Shown: piece by piece, positions 49,701 to 60,700 of the stretch
Layout: the number at the start of each line of letters is the position of its first letter
Position numbering within the stretch: the first letter of the stretch is position 1
Assembly: GCA_008632985.1 (NCBI GenBank)
Contig: QPGO01000080.1
Coordinates: forward strand, 124,001-188,000
DNA length: 64,000 bases
Direction: 5' to 3'
Source of the DNA: Psammoneis japonica
Taxonomy: Eukaryota
Program-made: the position numbers and the translations under genes
The notes under the pieces: model-generated
Databases searched by the model: none
What the model was told of the DNA's origin: nothing
What the model saw: only the letters and a program-made list of their open reading frames with translations

Positions 49701-52332
49701 AGTTGGGCGCTGGTGCAACCAGAGTCGACGGCCGGGGTGTCGGCACAAACGGTGTCAGTGGCGACAGGCTCGTTGCGGCGGTGCACATTAAGGGCGGGGT
49801 TGGGTGATTTGCAGGCCTTGCGAAGGTGTGTGCCGGCGGGCATGCGGGCGCACTGCGTGGTGCAGTCAAAAGTACGACGGACCGCATCGGTGGGTAGGAA
49901 GCCAAAGCAAGGCCGAAGAGACTCGAAGGGGGGGTCCTTGGGCTTTACAGTGCGCTCCGGAGGTGGAACGTCATCGCCCGTGGGGTCAATCGCATGCAGA
50001 TGACACTCGTAGAACACGTCGTCGTTCGGAATGAGGTGATCATCGAGGGCGGACGCGTGATCGGCAGACAAGGAAGCGGACAAGATGGTCTCGTTGACAA
50101 CGACACGGTGACGGTAGTTGCCGCATTCGTCAAACAGGTTGGCAGTGGGATCGTCCTGTAGATCAGAGATCGCGTCGTACCACTGGTCGTCGTCAGTGAC
50201 AGAGTGATCGAGGACGGAAGGGTCCCATGTGTCATCACCGGCAAGGATGACATGGGGCAGGGTGTCCCATTCGGCGTCAGTGTAAGGTCGCATGGCAACA
50301 TGAGGCAGGCCAGCCTTGATGTCAATGGGGATGACATAGCCATCAGGAGTGGCAATGCGTTGCAAGCCGTTGGGCACCTTGACAGAGCGATCGTTGACAT
50401 CCTGTTTGTGCCATTCGAGCTGGCCGCAGGAATGGATGGTCTTGCCCTTTCCCGTGTGTGCGTGCTGATGGAGGATGGCGATGACGGGACCACGCTGGGT
50501 CTCAATGACGGCACCAGCGGTGACAATGGGGATGTCCACCAATTGATGATCGTCGATGCCCTGAACGTCGACTTGGCGAGAGGTGCGTGCAATGACGCGA
50601 ACGTCGTCGCCAGCAATGCCGCCGTTGGCCCCACGATCGACTAGAGCGCCAGTGCGTGTGGAGCGATGAGCAGAGGCAGAGCAAATGACATTGTGGTTGT
50701 TGACGCGGCGGCAAGTGCGGCCGTTAAGTTCCATGTCATCTGCAGAAGCTGGCGGGGTAGAGGAAGCGGCGGATGGCCCCGGTCGACTGGCATTGGGGGC
50801 TTGGTTAGGAGACAACAGACGTTGCAGATCACCGGGTGGCAGTGGCTTGCGCTTGGTGAGGTGCGCCAGGATGGGATTGTCCGAAGTGGCGTCCACATGT
50901 GCAGCGGGGTCACCACAGTCAGCAGGAGTCGTGTTGGACAAGTTGACATCACCGTCACTCCCAAGGTGTTGGTCGTGAAGGTTGGCCGTAACAGACTCAT
51001 GGCAGTTGCTGGCTCGCGGGTTGCGGGGAGGCGGACGAGAATGCTCAAGGATGATCGCCTTGGAGGAATCGGGCAACGAATCCCAGAGCCGTTGGTGGTC
51101 GGGAGGGAGACGTCTCCATTGGACACCGGTGAGGCTGGGACCGCGGGTGCAGGCAGCATTGGCTTGAAGGACGTCAACGTCGCTGTCAATGTCGTAGAAC
51201 ACATCGTCGGACGGTTCCTCGGAGCAGACGTCGTGTGCGCATGTGGCGCGTCGGGGAGCTCGAGGTGTCGTCTTGGGTTGAAACGTGCTGTCGCACTGAG
51301 CTGCCGCGGAGAGGAGCAAGCCACAGCATTGATCGATGTGAGGCTCTTGCCACTCTGCGTACGATGCTGATCAGCTTGGTTCTTGACAGCACGGAGTTCC
51401 TCGACAGGATGCACGGCATTCTCGAGCATGACGCGCTTCTGTCCTTCAGAGAAGTGGTCGCTGGCGGGGATGAGTGCCTCGCACTTGCGCAACTGATCTT
51501 GCCAATGAAGGATGAACCCGTGGGTCGGACCTTTCCAAGTGCCATCACCAAGACGTGCGGTGGTGAGGTACGTGAGCAGGGTGGAGGACTCGATGGATGC
51601 ACGGGTGGAGGCAAGCGCGCATGCAGACAAGGAGCGGTGGACGGTCTGTGCGTCAGAGGACCCCACATTTTCGCGAATGAGAGCCTTGCCCTTGTCGGTG
51701 AGAAGGATGCGTTCGAAGACGGCGAACATGTGCTTTTGCTGTTCAGCAAAGAGCAGTTTGTCTTCGGGGCTGGTCGGTTTGTACGACGAGTCTAGAATGC
51801 ACTCGACGTCTTGGGCACGGGCTTGTGCCACAAGTGAGGTGTGCCAAGTGTGCCACTGCTTGTCGGATTTGAGAGCCGTGAAAGCAGTGGGATCACGCTT
51901 GATGCCTCGCTTGAAGTCTCGCACCGGGTCGCGTGCCTTGGTCGGGTTGGTGACATGTGGAGGTGCAAGGGGTGAGCTGCCGATGGACACAGAAGACATG
52001 CAGTCGGGGCTGAGGCGGCAGGCAAGGAACTCGTCATGCGTGAACAAAGAGGAGTCGTTGGCAACGTCAAGACCTTTGTGTGCTTTGACAATGTACAGAC
52101 TGACTGGTGCTGCTAACATGTTCTTATAACCACGGGGCAAAGGGATTGCATCAGTGCCGTTGTCGTGCTCAAGCGAGTCGATTTGGGACGGCATGAACGT
52201 GAACAGTTCCTGACATGAGTCCGTGCCGTCTTGGGCCAAAGCCAAACGAAGAGGACTCCCAGCACCTTGGGCAAGCACGGTTCCAACCACGTGCTCGAAA
52301 CCATCGGTTTGTTGCTGACGAGTGAGAACCAT
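46664..52332 (-). pseudogene. gag-pol polyprotein of the young copia (protease, integrase, RT, RNase H), with a 1-nt deletion near 51335 and YVDD>HVDD
   Basis: ALVDRGANGG protease, integrase core (SEPHQQHQN), KARLVADGH, DIGNACL, IAVHVDDL, and RNase H CVDAN..TGRS / ETATYGSE / FGDNKSV. Confidence 0.92.
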
Positions 52333-53273
52333 GGTGGACAAAAATGGTGTCAGGACAATCAATTCTGGTTGGGAAGCGAAGGTAGACTCGAAACTTGGGT
52401 GAGAATGGACTTGACTTGAAACAGACTTGACTTGAAATCTTGAACTATCTTAAAAATCAGAAGTCGCCGGGCTTTGTTATCCCGTTCGTTGTCAAGTGCT
52501 AAACTTCCTGTCCGGTCCGTAGAGTTGTGCCAGCACGTCCGAACCCGCAGCCAGCGGCGCTTTGGGTTGCTTGCGAGCGGAGTAGCGGGTTGTAAACCCC
52601 TGCAGGCAAGCTGACCAGAGGTGGACAAGACCCCCGAACCGTTCTTATTTTATGTCGGTTGGATTTCCCGATCAGGCTGGCCAGTTGACGCAGGCGTCAG
52701 GCGCTGTGGACGAACGAACAAACGCGGGAAAGCACCCTCGCCCCAACGCAGGCTGCAATCACGGCTGCTTGCTCTCACAGTCGTCCTCGTGGACCTAGCA
52801 GAACTGTAGAGCACCAGTAGTCCGGGGTAGATCAGGTACAATGGACTCGGTGTGCTTGTAGAGTGGCAGCAAAACCGCAGTCCGAAGAGTGGGTACAGGT
52901 TCTTGGCCGTGAAGACATGTGTATATATGTGTGTCTTCAGCGACGAAGATCCTTGAATATGTAGGGTTCTTGACCGTTAACCGATGAACAGGTATATCAA
53001 GGGATGAGGATCAAGGATAGACTTGGATGTGACCGTTGAATGTATGTCTTCAGCGATCAAAGGTAGTATAATCAATCCAGATATCCAGCGGTAAGGAGAC
53101 TTGACGGTGACGTTAACTTCCTGCCGATGCCCTGGTATTGAATGCGCGTAGACCTGCCGATGTATGTAGAACCATATACGGAGGTCCACGTAGAATTGAA
53201 ATAGCGTCGTTGGTAAATCAACGACGACGATGGCGGTTGCTCAATGGGTTGACAATGAGCAAGACTGTTAATC

Positions 53274-53549
53274 TGATAGAAATTGAAGGCAAATGGCAAG
53301 AATTCAAACAATAACTCCTTACTGCTGTCTAAATGGCAGATGAGTCTCCGCTCAGAGACCGTCACAGGAGCCGAAAGACGTGCAAGTCGGTGTGATCGGG
53401 CCACTGTTGTCATTCTTGTGAGCCTTGTGGCTCGAAAGCAAACTACATCGCGCGTGAACGCGCGGAACTAAAGCACACAAAACTGTGCACGGTAAACTAA
53501 ACAGCGCGACATGCTTCGCGAGCATCCAAATCCTGTTCAAATCCTGTCA
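53274..53549 (-). repeat. 5' LTR of the young copia
   Basis: Direct repeat of 46440-46716. Confidence 0.95.
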
Positions 53550-55704
53550 TGCCGAGTTGCCCAAGCGCGTCCTTCTGGGCTGTTCTTGACCCGCAAAAAG
53601 GCCTGAATGACTCGCCACACCGCTGGCAATTTTTTCGGGTTGGTCATGAGGAAGGCGTCTGATGCGAAGGTAAAAAAGATCCACAGATTGCCCGCTGCAG
53701 TGTCAACCATTTCATGGGAATCCATCATGCCAGTGAAGCACAGGTCTGTGGTTTTCTTGTTTTTCTCAGTGTCCTCCTCACCGACCTGCTCTTGACGAAG
53801 GAGAGTGCGACCGTTCTCAATTCGCACAAGGTGCTTGACACACGATTGGTTGGGCTTGGCGAAATGACAGATGCCAAGCTTGTCCTTGACAGAGTCTGGG
53901 TCAACAATGGGAGGGACTGGCGCCCATCCACACGAAATCAGACGCGCAACAAAGGGAAGATCCAAAAGCTTGATGTCAAAATCTGCACAACCATCGATGT
54001 GTGAGTCCGAGGTGGCACGATCCTTGACATGCTGCGTCATGTTCTCAATGGCGAGTGCCAAAGCACGAGTGCTTTTGGAAGCGCGAACAACAGACAAAAA
54101 TTCCTCGCACAATGGGGGAGCAGTGACAAGGTTGTCTGTGACGTGACCGTCACTGTCCACTGCCTCAACAATGTGCGAGAAGAGCAGATGGCGACGAAGG
54201 ATGACGTCATCCGTCTCCTTGCGTTGGTCGTGTTCCGAACCAGTGAGGGTGTTCTGAGGTTTGTCCAGATTGTGGCGAGTGACTGACTCAACTGTGGCTC
54301 GGACAAGGCGTTCTAGGTCTGGGGTGCCAGCCACTGGTGGCCCTCCGGTGAAAACGGATGCAGGGTCCTTGTCTTCTGCAAGACGAACAACAGCTGCAGT
54401 GCGCAACTCCTGGAGGATGGAGTGCACATTGTCGAAATGGACCGTGTGTGGGGTGAGCACGGTGTGCTCGACAGAGGGACCTTGGCAAGCTGGTGGTCTT
54501 GGAACACATTGACAAACTCAGCCTCTTTGAAAAGATCATCGCATGCCTGGAGGGATTTGCCTGAATCATGCAAGATCAGGTGACGGACAGCAGCATGCCA
54601 AGAATGAAAGGGAGCCGAAACGGGGACAGAAGCAGGAATGTCGTCCTCAATGGGGACATCAACCCAAAGGTGCTCACCCAGCGCCAAAGGGCAAGCGAGG
54701 GGAATGCAAACAAACTCAGGCATGTCGTCAGCAGAGGCGGCGTCAAACCCCAGGCGCTCTTGGCCGGGTGGGACTTCATTCCCGTCCTCATCGGGCTGAG
54801 ACGCGCCCAACGTCGCCGGGTTCTTGTCACTGATGGGGAGATCAAGGGAGTCCGCAATGTGTTTGGGAACGAGGGTGACAACACACTCATCCAGCATGTC
54901 CTCAACCTTGACAGGGGTGATGCTGTCAAAGGTGTTCCCAAGGCTCGCCAGTGCAATGGCTTTGTTGAAAGCATCCGAGGAAGCGAGGGTTGGGCACGTG
55001 AGTGCGCGTAAAAAACCGTCGACCACTGCGATGGTTTGGATGGTGGAACGCGGATCATTGACCATGGCCGAACGGATGGTGGGGCTGATGGTGCGAGACA
55101 TGGCGGTGGCAAGGTGGGCGATTTTATCAGGGTCATGCTTGAAGCTGGAGGAAACAGCCGGCAGCGCACCGGCCATCTGACGGGCGAAGTCACCCAGGGT
55201 GCTGGGAGAAGCTGGCATCATCGACGGGGAGAACTTGAGACGAAAGGAACAAAAACGACGTTGTCGAAATTGCGAGTGTTTCGAATGGGTGCAACTGAGA
55301 GAAAGGGTTGAAACTCCCAGCACCACCTCAGTGAAAAGTTGGCGTGGAGGGGTGTGTGGTGCGCCACATCATTGTGGAACGATGATGTGGCTCAGGAAAT
55401 TGCGCTCGACCAATGGAAGATGACAACGCGTCCATCGTCTGTTGCAATTACGACGATGGGAAAGGGAAATTGTGGCGGTTGGAGTTCACGCACGCGTGGC
55501 AGACGTGTCGTTGAAGTGGTTGTTAATTAAATTTGTCAATTCGGCAAATGTGTGTGTGCAGCACTGAAAGTGACACAAGGCATGATGACTTGAAAGAAAC
55601 AGCCGTCAGTTTCCATTGTTGATGTGGCACCTAAAACCAAAAGCTGTTGCATTCACTCTCCAGCTGGTGAGGAAGGAACGAAGCAGCTGCAGGGAACGGG
55701 CAAG

Positions 55705-56100
55705 ATGGTGGTGACCAGGGAGTGGCTTGTGGGTGACCATGTGGAAATGACGGGCGGCAGCTGCGGTGGGCAGAGTGGCACGGTGGTGAAGACAACCCCA
55801 TTTTGTTTGAGGGTGCGCCATGAAAGGCCTGGAGACACCCAAGGGCGATTAAAACTATCAGAAAAACGTTTCTGTCGATTGGTTGCTGTGACACCGGCAC
55901 CGAGTGCTCCCGTTCGTGAGGAAACAGGGAACGCTGCTGGATTGGAGCAGCTGGTGGTCGCTGCGGCGCGCATGGTTGGAGAGAGTGAAGCGGAAAGCTC
56001 CGAGATTGACGAATTGTCCAGAATGTTCAGGGTGGTGGCGATTGCAGCAAGGAACACACGACGGAGAGGGGCCCGAGACGAAGCTGAAGAAGGGAGGTAG
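55705..56100 (+). CDS. Antisense accessory ORF of the YR element with a KOW-like motif
   Basis: LVGDHVEMTGGSCGGQSGTVVK matches the KOW pattern GDxVxIxxGxYxGxxGxV once ATA>ATG and TAC>TGC are reversed. Ends in TAG. Confidence 0.55.
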   Translation: MVVTREWLVGDHVEMTGGSCGGQSGTVVKTTPFCLRVRHERPGDTQGRLKLSEKRFCRLVAVTPAPSAPVREETGNAAGLEQLVVAAARMVGESEAESSEIDELSRMFRVVAIAARNTRRRGARDEAEEGR

Positions 56101-56384
56101 AGGGAAGCCGAGTGGCAGGCGATTGGGACAGGTGCAACGCCGGTGTGGCAGGCGAAAATGAGTTTAAACACAGCCGAGCAGCAGGCACAATGGAAAAGGC
56201 CGAGTGGCAGGTGCAATGAATGAATAAATCCAACTGTAAAGTTGAAAAATTAGAGGAGCCAGAGGGCGATGTTCAGGTGGCCAGCGGGCCTGAGCCAAGC
56301 AAGGCCACACGATTCGATCCAAAGGAAAAGAAAGGCAGAGCCAAGTGAGGCCACATGATTCGATCCAAAGGAAAAAGGAAAAAC

Positions 56385-56578
56385 AAAGGATTCAAGCGGC
56401 ATCATCGCCGCCATCATCCTCTCAACCTCGGTTTCCTGGAAGGAATGAGACAGGAACCGAGGCCCTCCATCCGGCAATCCCTGACTTCTGCTGCATTCTA
56501 GATTGACGTCAGCGGCCCCGGTCTGTCAGACGCTCGGCAGTTGGCTCATTGCCTTCTGCCCCAACGTCTCACCAACGA
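56385..56578 (-). repeat. A1 terminal repeat of the YR retrotransposon
   Basis: Matches 41274-41469. Confidence 0.9.
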
Positions 56579-57711
56579 ACCGTGCAGTGTCAGCACACGC
56601 CAGCAAAGAGCCGCATGGACGCATGACACATGGGGAGGAGTGCAATGCACAGCTGCTGATGAGAGTTGATGCATCACGGCGACGTGTTGCAGCCTTTAAA
56701 TGTCACAAAGGGCATGACAAAAACAACCTTTTGTCTGCATGCACACTGCAGAAGCTGCCAGGCCATGCCACCCCATTTGCAGTTAAGTGCCAAGCTTCCC
56801 GTCCGGTCTGCAGACTTGTGCTGGCATGTCCAAACCCGCAGCTGGCGATGCTTTGGGTTGCTTGCAAGCAGAGCAAATGGGTTAGAAGCCCCTGCAAACA
56901 AGCCAAATAGATGTGAACAAGACCCCCAGACCTTTGTCATTTTGTGTTGGTTGGATGACCCGATGCAACGCTGAGGACAAATGAACAAACCTGGGAAATG
57001 CACCCTGAATGCCAGCGCAGACAGCAATCACACACTGCTTCCTCTCAATTGTCCTCGTGGACCTGGCAGGACTGTAGAAGACCGGCAGTCCAGTGCAGAT
57101 GTTTGGCAACAGTTTGGGCAGCAGCCCCTGAAGTCAGAGTGCATTGTGTGCGCAAGAGGGTGCACGGATCTGGTGTGATGAGTTGGTCTGCCTGCCAATC
57201 AAGACAGGATTCAATGAGGGGAATCCAGAATCTCAGATGTGTGAGAAATGGAGAATTTTTGACCAACCTGATGTCTGTTGAACAGATGCATCCAGTGATT
57301 GGAGATCTTGGAAGGATCCAAATGTGCTGATCCAATCCAGATGTCCAGCAACAAGGAAGTTGTGCAAGTGCTTCCACTGCCAACAATGTGCATCGTCAAA
57401 AAAAATTCTTGATGAGACAATGATGAATGCTCAATGGATGAAAATGAGCAAGACTGTCAATCTGACAGAAACTGAAGGAAAGCAGGCTGCTGTCTAAATG
57501 GCAGATGAGCATTGAGCATCCATGATGTAGATGCCGTTGCAGGAGCCGAAAGACTGGTTTTGTGACGTTGGCGCTGCTGTCATCATTCTTGTGAGCCAAC
57601 CGGCTCAAAAGCAAACTGCATTGCACATCGCGCACAGAACTGAGAGCACACACAATTGTGTGCAATGAACTAAAATCTTGTTCAAGTCCTGCAGGATTTG
57701 AACAAGATTTT

Positions 57712-60700
57712 CACGAGATGAGCCATCATCGCAGCAATGGCGGGAACATCAAGTGCCATGTGTCTTGACATTGCACTGCCATTGGGGACAAAGCACAATT
57801 GCATCCTTGGGTTGCTTGATCGGTGCACCAAACATGCAGAAAGCATGAAAATGATTGAGTTGAGCAAACTCACCTTGGTGCCACTGGTCCCATGTGGACA
57901 GCTTCTTGAGGTGATTCCAGGTAAAACCATCAAGCACCTCTTCCTCTGGAGTGACAGCATGGGAGGACATTGCACAGATGTTGAAAGCACCTTGATCACA
58001 ATCAACAGTTGGTGACAGTTCATGTTCCACATTGTCCAGAGCAGAGAAATCAACATCAGGATTTTGTGCAGCTGCAACAGCTTGCACATCTGCAAAGGAG
58101 GAGAGAAAACATCATGTTCAGCCAGTGCTTGTTGAAGCTGGCAAGAGTCCAAATGACATTCTGGGGCAAAGACAACGTCAAACAAAGGGACAGTCACATC
58201 ATGCAAGTGCTGGAGTTCATCAACATCCAACAAGTGTGCACGGTTGAAGATCTCATCTGTCTTCAGAGTCACACCATGCAAAGGATCCAATGGGGAATGC
58301 TTCATTCAACGAACACTTGAGCGTCTTTTCAAAAGGATTGCAAGTGAAATGAAATCTTGCAACCAATGCTTCCTCCTCCTCCACAGGGAAAGGTTTGCCA
58401 CTCTGCGTTCACTGAAGATGAACAACATTTGGAGGGATCTGGTCATGGGGGAGATCATTCATGCCTTCATCAAACTGAAAGTGCACACCCATCTTGACAA
58501 GATGCAAAGCAGGATCATGCCACACATGATGTTCTTTGTGGTGTCTGGCATGCAGCCAAGGAAGATCCCTTTTGCAGAGTTGTCACACATCTTTGCTGGG
58601 CACTTGGAGTTCTTGTGAGCCCAGACACAGCAGCCAAAAGTGCAGAAACCAGTGAAGTCCTCAACCTGTCCTGCAGCAAGAGCAACAGGGGAAGCATCTT
58701 GATCTTTCAAAGGGATGGCATTCTTGATGCGAATGCAGTGACAGAAAGCATGCAGCCAAAACTTGATTGGCAAACCAGCGCCAATGAGGAGTGCTTGAAC
58801 AGCATTCTCAATGGTTGAATGGCTGTGTTCAACAGGTCCATTTTGGTGAGAGGCATTGGTGCCAGTGGGGCACACAGTGTGCCAAAAATCATGTTCAAAA
58901 AGTCTTTGCACCATGGAGTTCCTGCACAATTCACCACTTTGATCCACAAATGCATGTTTGTCTTGACATTTTGGCAAGTGTTCCTCCAAAAAACGGCAAA
59001 TCCACGCAATTGGTGTGGCTTTGGAGACACGAGCAGAACCATGGAGACAATGGGTTTTATGATCGCACACCAACAAGTCCAACCATTCAATCCAACATGA
59101 TTGGCAGCACGGTCTTTGTTCTTCAACTTGACACCAGAGAAACACAAAACTAACAGCAAGTCCTTGATGTGCCTGCGTTGCAGCATGTGTGGAATTGGGG
59201 CCAGCCAGACTCTTTGTCTGCTTTGCTTGAATGCAAGCAGGACAAGTGTTCAAAGGGGAAGTGCCATGTGCAAACTTTGGGACACCCTTGATGCACTCAC
59301 ATGCATTGTGCAGGCAATGATTGCTGGGATGGCCAAGGCATTGGTGCCAGAGCAATTGTTCCACATTGGCCTTGAGGGATTGAACAGGGACCTTGTCCTC
59401 AAAGCAGCTCTCAGAAGGAACATCTTGACATGCTCAGGGGATGAGCTTGCATTGTTCTTAGAGAGCAGATTTTTGATTTTCCTTGCAGGTGTCAACCACG
59501 TGCACCACCACAGCATTGCATTCCTTGGCAAAGTTGGGGTCAGCAGTCTTGAGATCCAATGTTGCATGATCAAGGTCATCATTGGACTCAGGCAGCATCA
59601 AAGGATGGGCAAAACCTTTTCCATTGATCAGCTGCCCATGGATGATGAGGGCTTGGCTGGAACAAAGGCAATGTTTGGCGACATGCTTGCAGGTTTGTTG
59701 GTCATGACATTTCAACAGACAATCCACCATGAAATCATGTTTTCAGCCGCCATTGGGGCAGAATGAAGGGCACGTTTGTCTGCCAATGTTGATTGGAGCT
59801 TAGGGTGGCAACAAGTGCAAATGGCAACATGACCTTCCTTGGTGGCAGCAGGAATGCACAAGCACCCAAAACTGTGTGGGATGGCAGTGGCACCAAGAGC
59901 CAGGTTGACCTTCAGAGGACAAGGGTTGGCAGGGCAAATGCTTGACAGTGGTGAAGGAGATCTTTATCACCAGCACATGAGACATGGGCACTGGCATCAA
60001 ACTGTGCACAACATTCTTTGGAAGAGAAGTTGATGGTGTTGACTTCAAAAATCTTGCATTCAGCATCAAACAGAACAGCCAGAGACATCCAAGAAGGAAC
60101 AGATGGAGATGTGCAGATGGAGTTGAGGGCCGCAAAACCAGATTCAATGGGGCACTCCAAGCATTCAAGTTCAAATGGCGCCAATGTTTCCTCTGCCCTC
60201 CCCTGATCTTGATCCCTCCCCATGTCTTGACATGGCTCCATGGGATTTTTGTCAGGGAGAGTCATGACATCAGGTGACATCGGAGCATCAGGTTCCTGTT
60301 TGCTGAAATTGACTTGCCAAGAAAGAGGTTTGTTGGTGGAAGGTGATGGAACTGTGAGTCCCTCTTTCACAGTTGCCTCACTCTCATGGGTGTTGTCTTG
60401 GGAAGGAGAGTGCAGAGGCGGCATTTTAGATCCAAAACCAGCTGCGACAGCCCGCGTGAAAATCCTGAGCGGGAGTTTCAGTTGAAGGTGGATCTTGCTT
60501 GTTCTGTCCAGCAGGCAAGATTCCTTGATTGCCAGTGAAGACAGCAGCCCATTGAGCAGCCTCATGCTTCAAGAATTGACAAAAGTGGATGTGAAAACCC
60601 TTGAGGTGCGGGTTGTTCAGAAGAACAGGACAATGATCAAAAAGATGATCATCATTGCAAATGACACAGTTCCATTTGATGGCCTCAGCCGGGGATGCCT

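Larger units (their letters stand above)
46440..53549 (-). mobile_element. Full-length CoDi-like Ty1/copia LTR retrotransposon with 5-bp TSD TGCCG
   Basis: TG...CA LTRs at 46440-46716 and 53274-53549. TGCCG at 46435-46439 and 53550-53554. PPT at 46717-46726. Confidence 0.96.
45820..55221 (-). pseudogene. gag-like ORF1 of the YR element with a C-terminal CCCH zinc finger, interrupted by the young copia
   Basis: Removing 46440-53554 joins ...WATRH to RAMQHVF... in frame. CSDFTTVGCSCWFGERCNFSH near 45930-45990. Confidence 0.75.
41051..56578 (-). mobile_element. Tyrosine-recombinase retrotransposon (Ngaro/PAT-like split direct repeats A1-ORFs-B1-A2-B2)
   Basis: A1 56385-56578 matches A2 41274-41469, and B1 41470-41665 matches B2 41051-41246. 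Internal gag-like, RT/RNase H and YR ORFs. Confidence 0.92.
40776..56750 (+). mobile_element. TRIM-like miniature LTR element: 110-bp LTRs (40776-40885, 56641-56750), PPT, 4-bp TSD GAAG, ~230-bp internal region
   Basis: Equal-length direct repeats, TGGGGAGGAG immediately before the 3' LTR, and GAAG on both flanks. A third LTR copy is at 6004-6113. Confidence 0.8.
34572..57691 (-). mobile_element. Old CoDi-like Ty1/copia element (3' LTR ~34572-34818, broken gag-pol ~34850-40653, 5' UTR/LTR 56751-57691), split by nested insertions
   Basis: Colinear with the young copy at 46440-53549. PPT AACTGGGGAG|TGACAGG. Its 5' UTR is continuous across the GAAG duplication at 40772 and 56751. Many frameshifts, and a deletion near 35270. 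Confidence 0.85.

Noticed and set aside
46664..51319. Alternative genetic code (Cys or His codons read as Tyr)
   Set aside because: Host genes use TAY for Tyr normally, the same site becomes Cys in one copy and His in another, and non-coding repeats show the same changes.
51300..51350. Programmed gag-pol frameshift in the young copia
   Set aside because: There is no slippery site, and the old copy is in frame at the same position (AGC CTC ACT CAT GAG CAA). A 1-nt deletion or sequencing error is simpler.
56583..56750. Tc1/mariner MITE with TGCAGTGT...ACACTGCA TIRs
   Set aside because: Better explained as PPT plus the 110-bp 3' LTR of the TRIM, with a matching 5' LTR and GAAG TSD.
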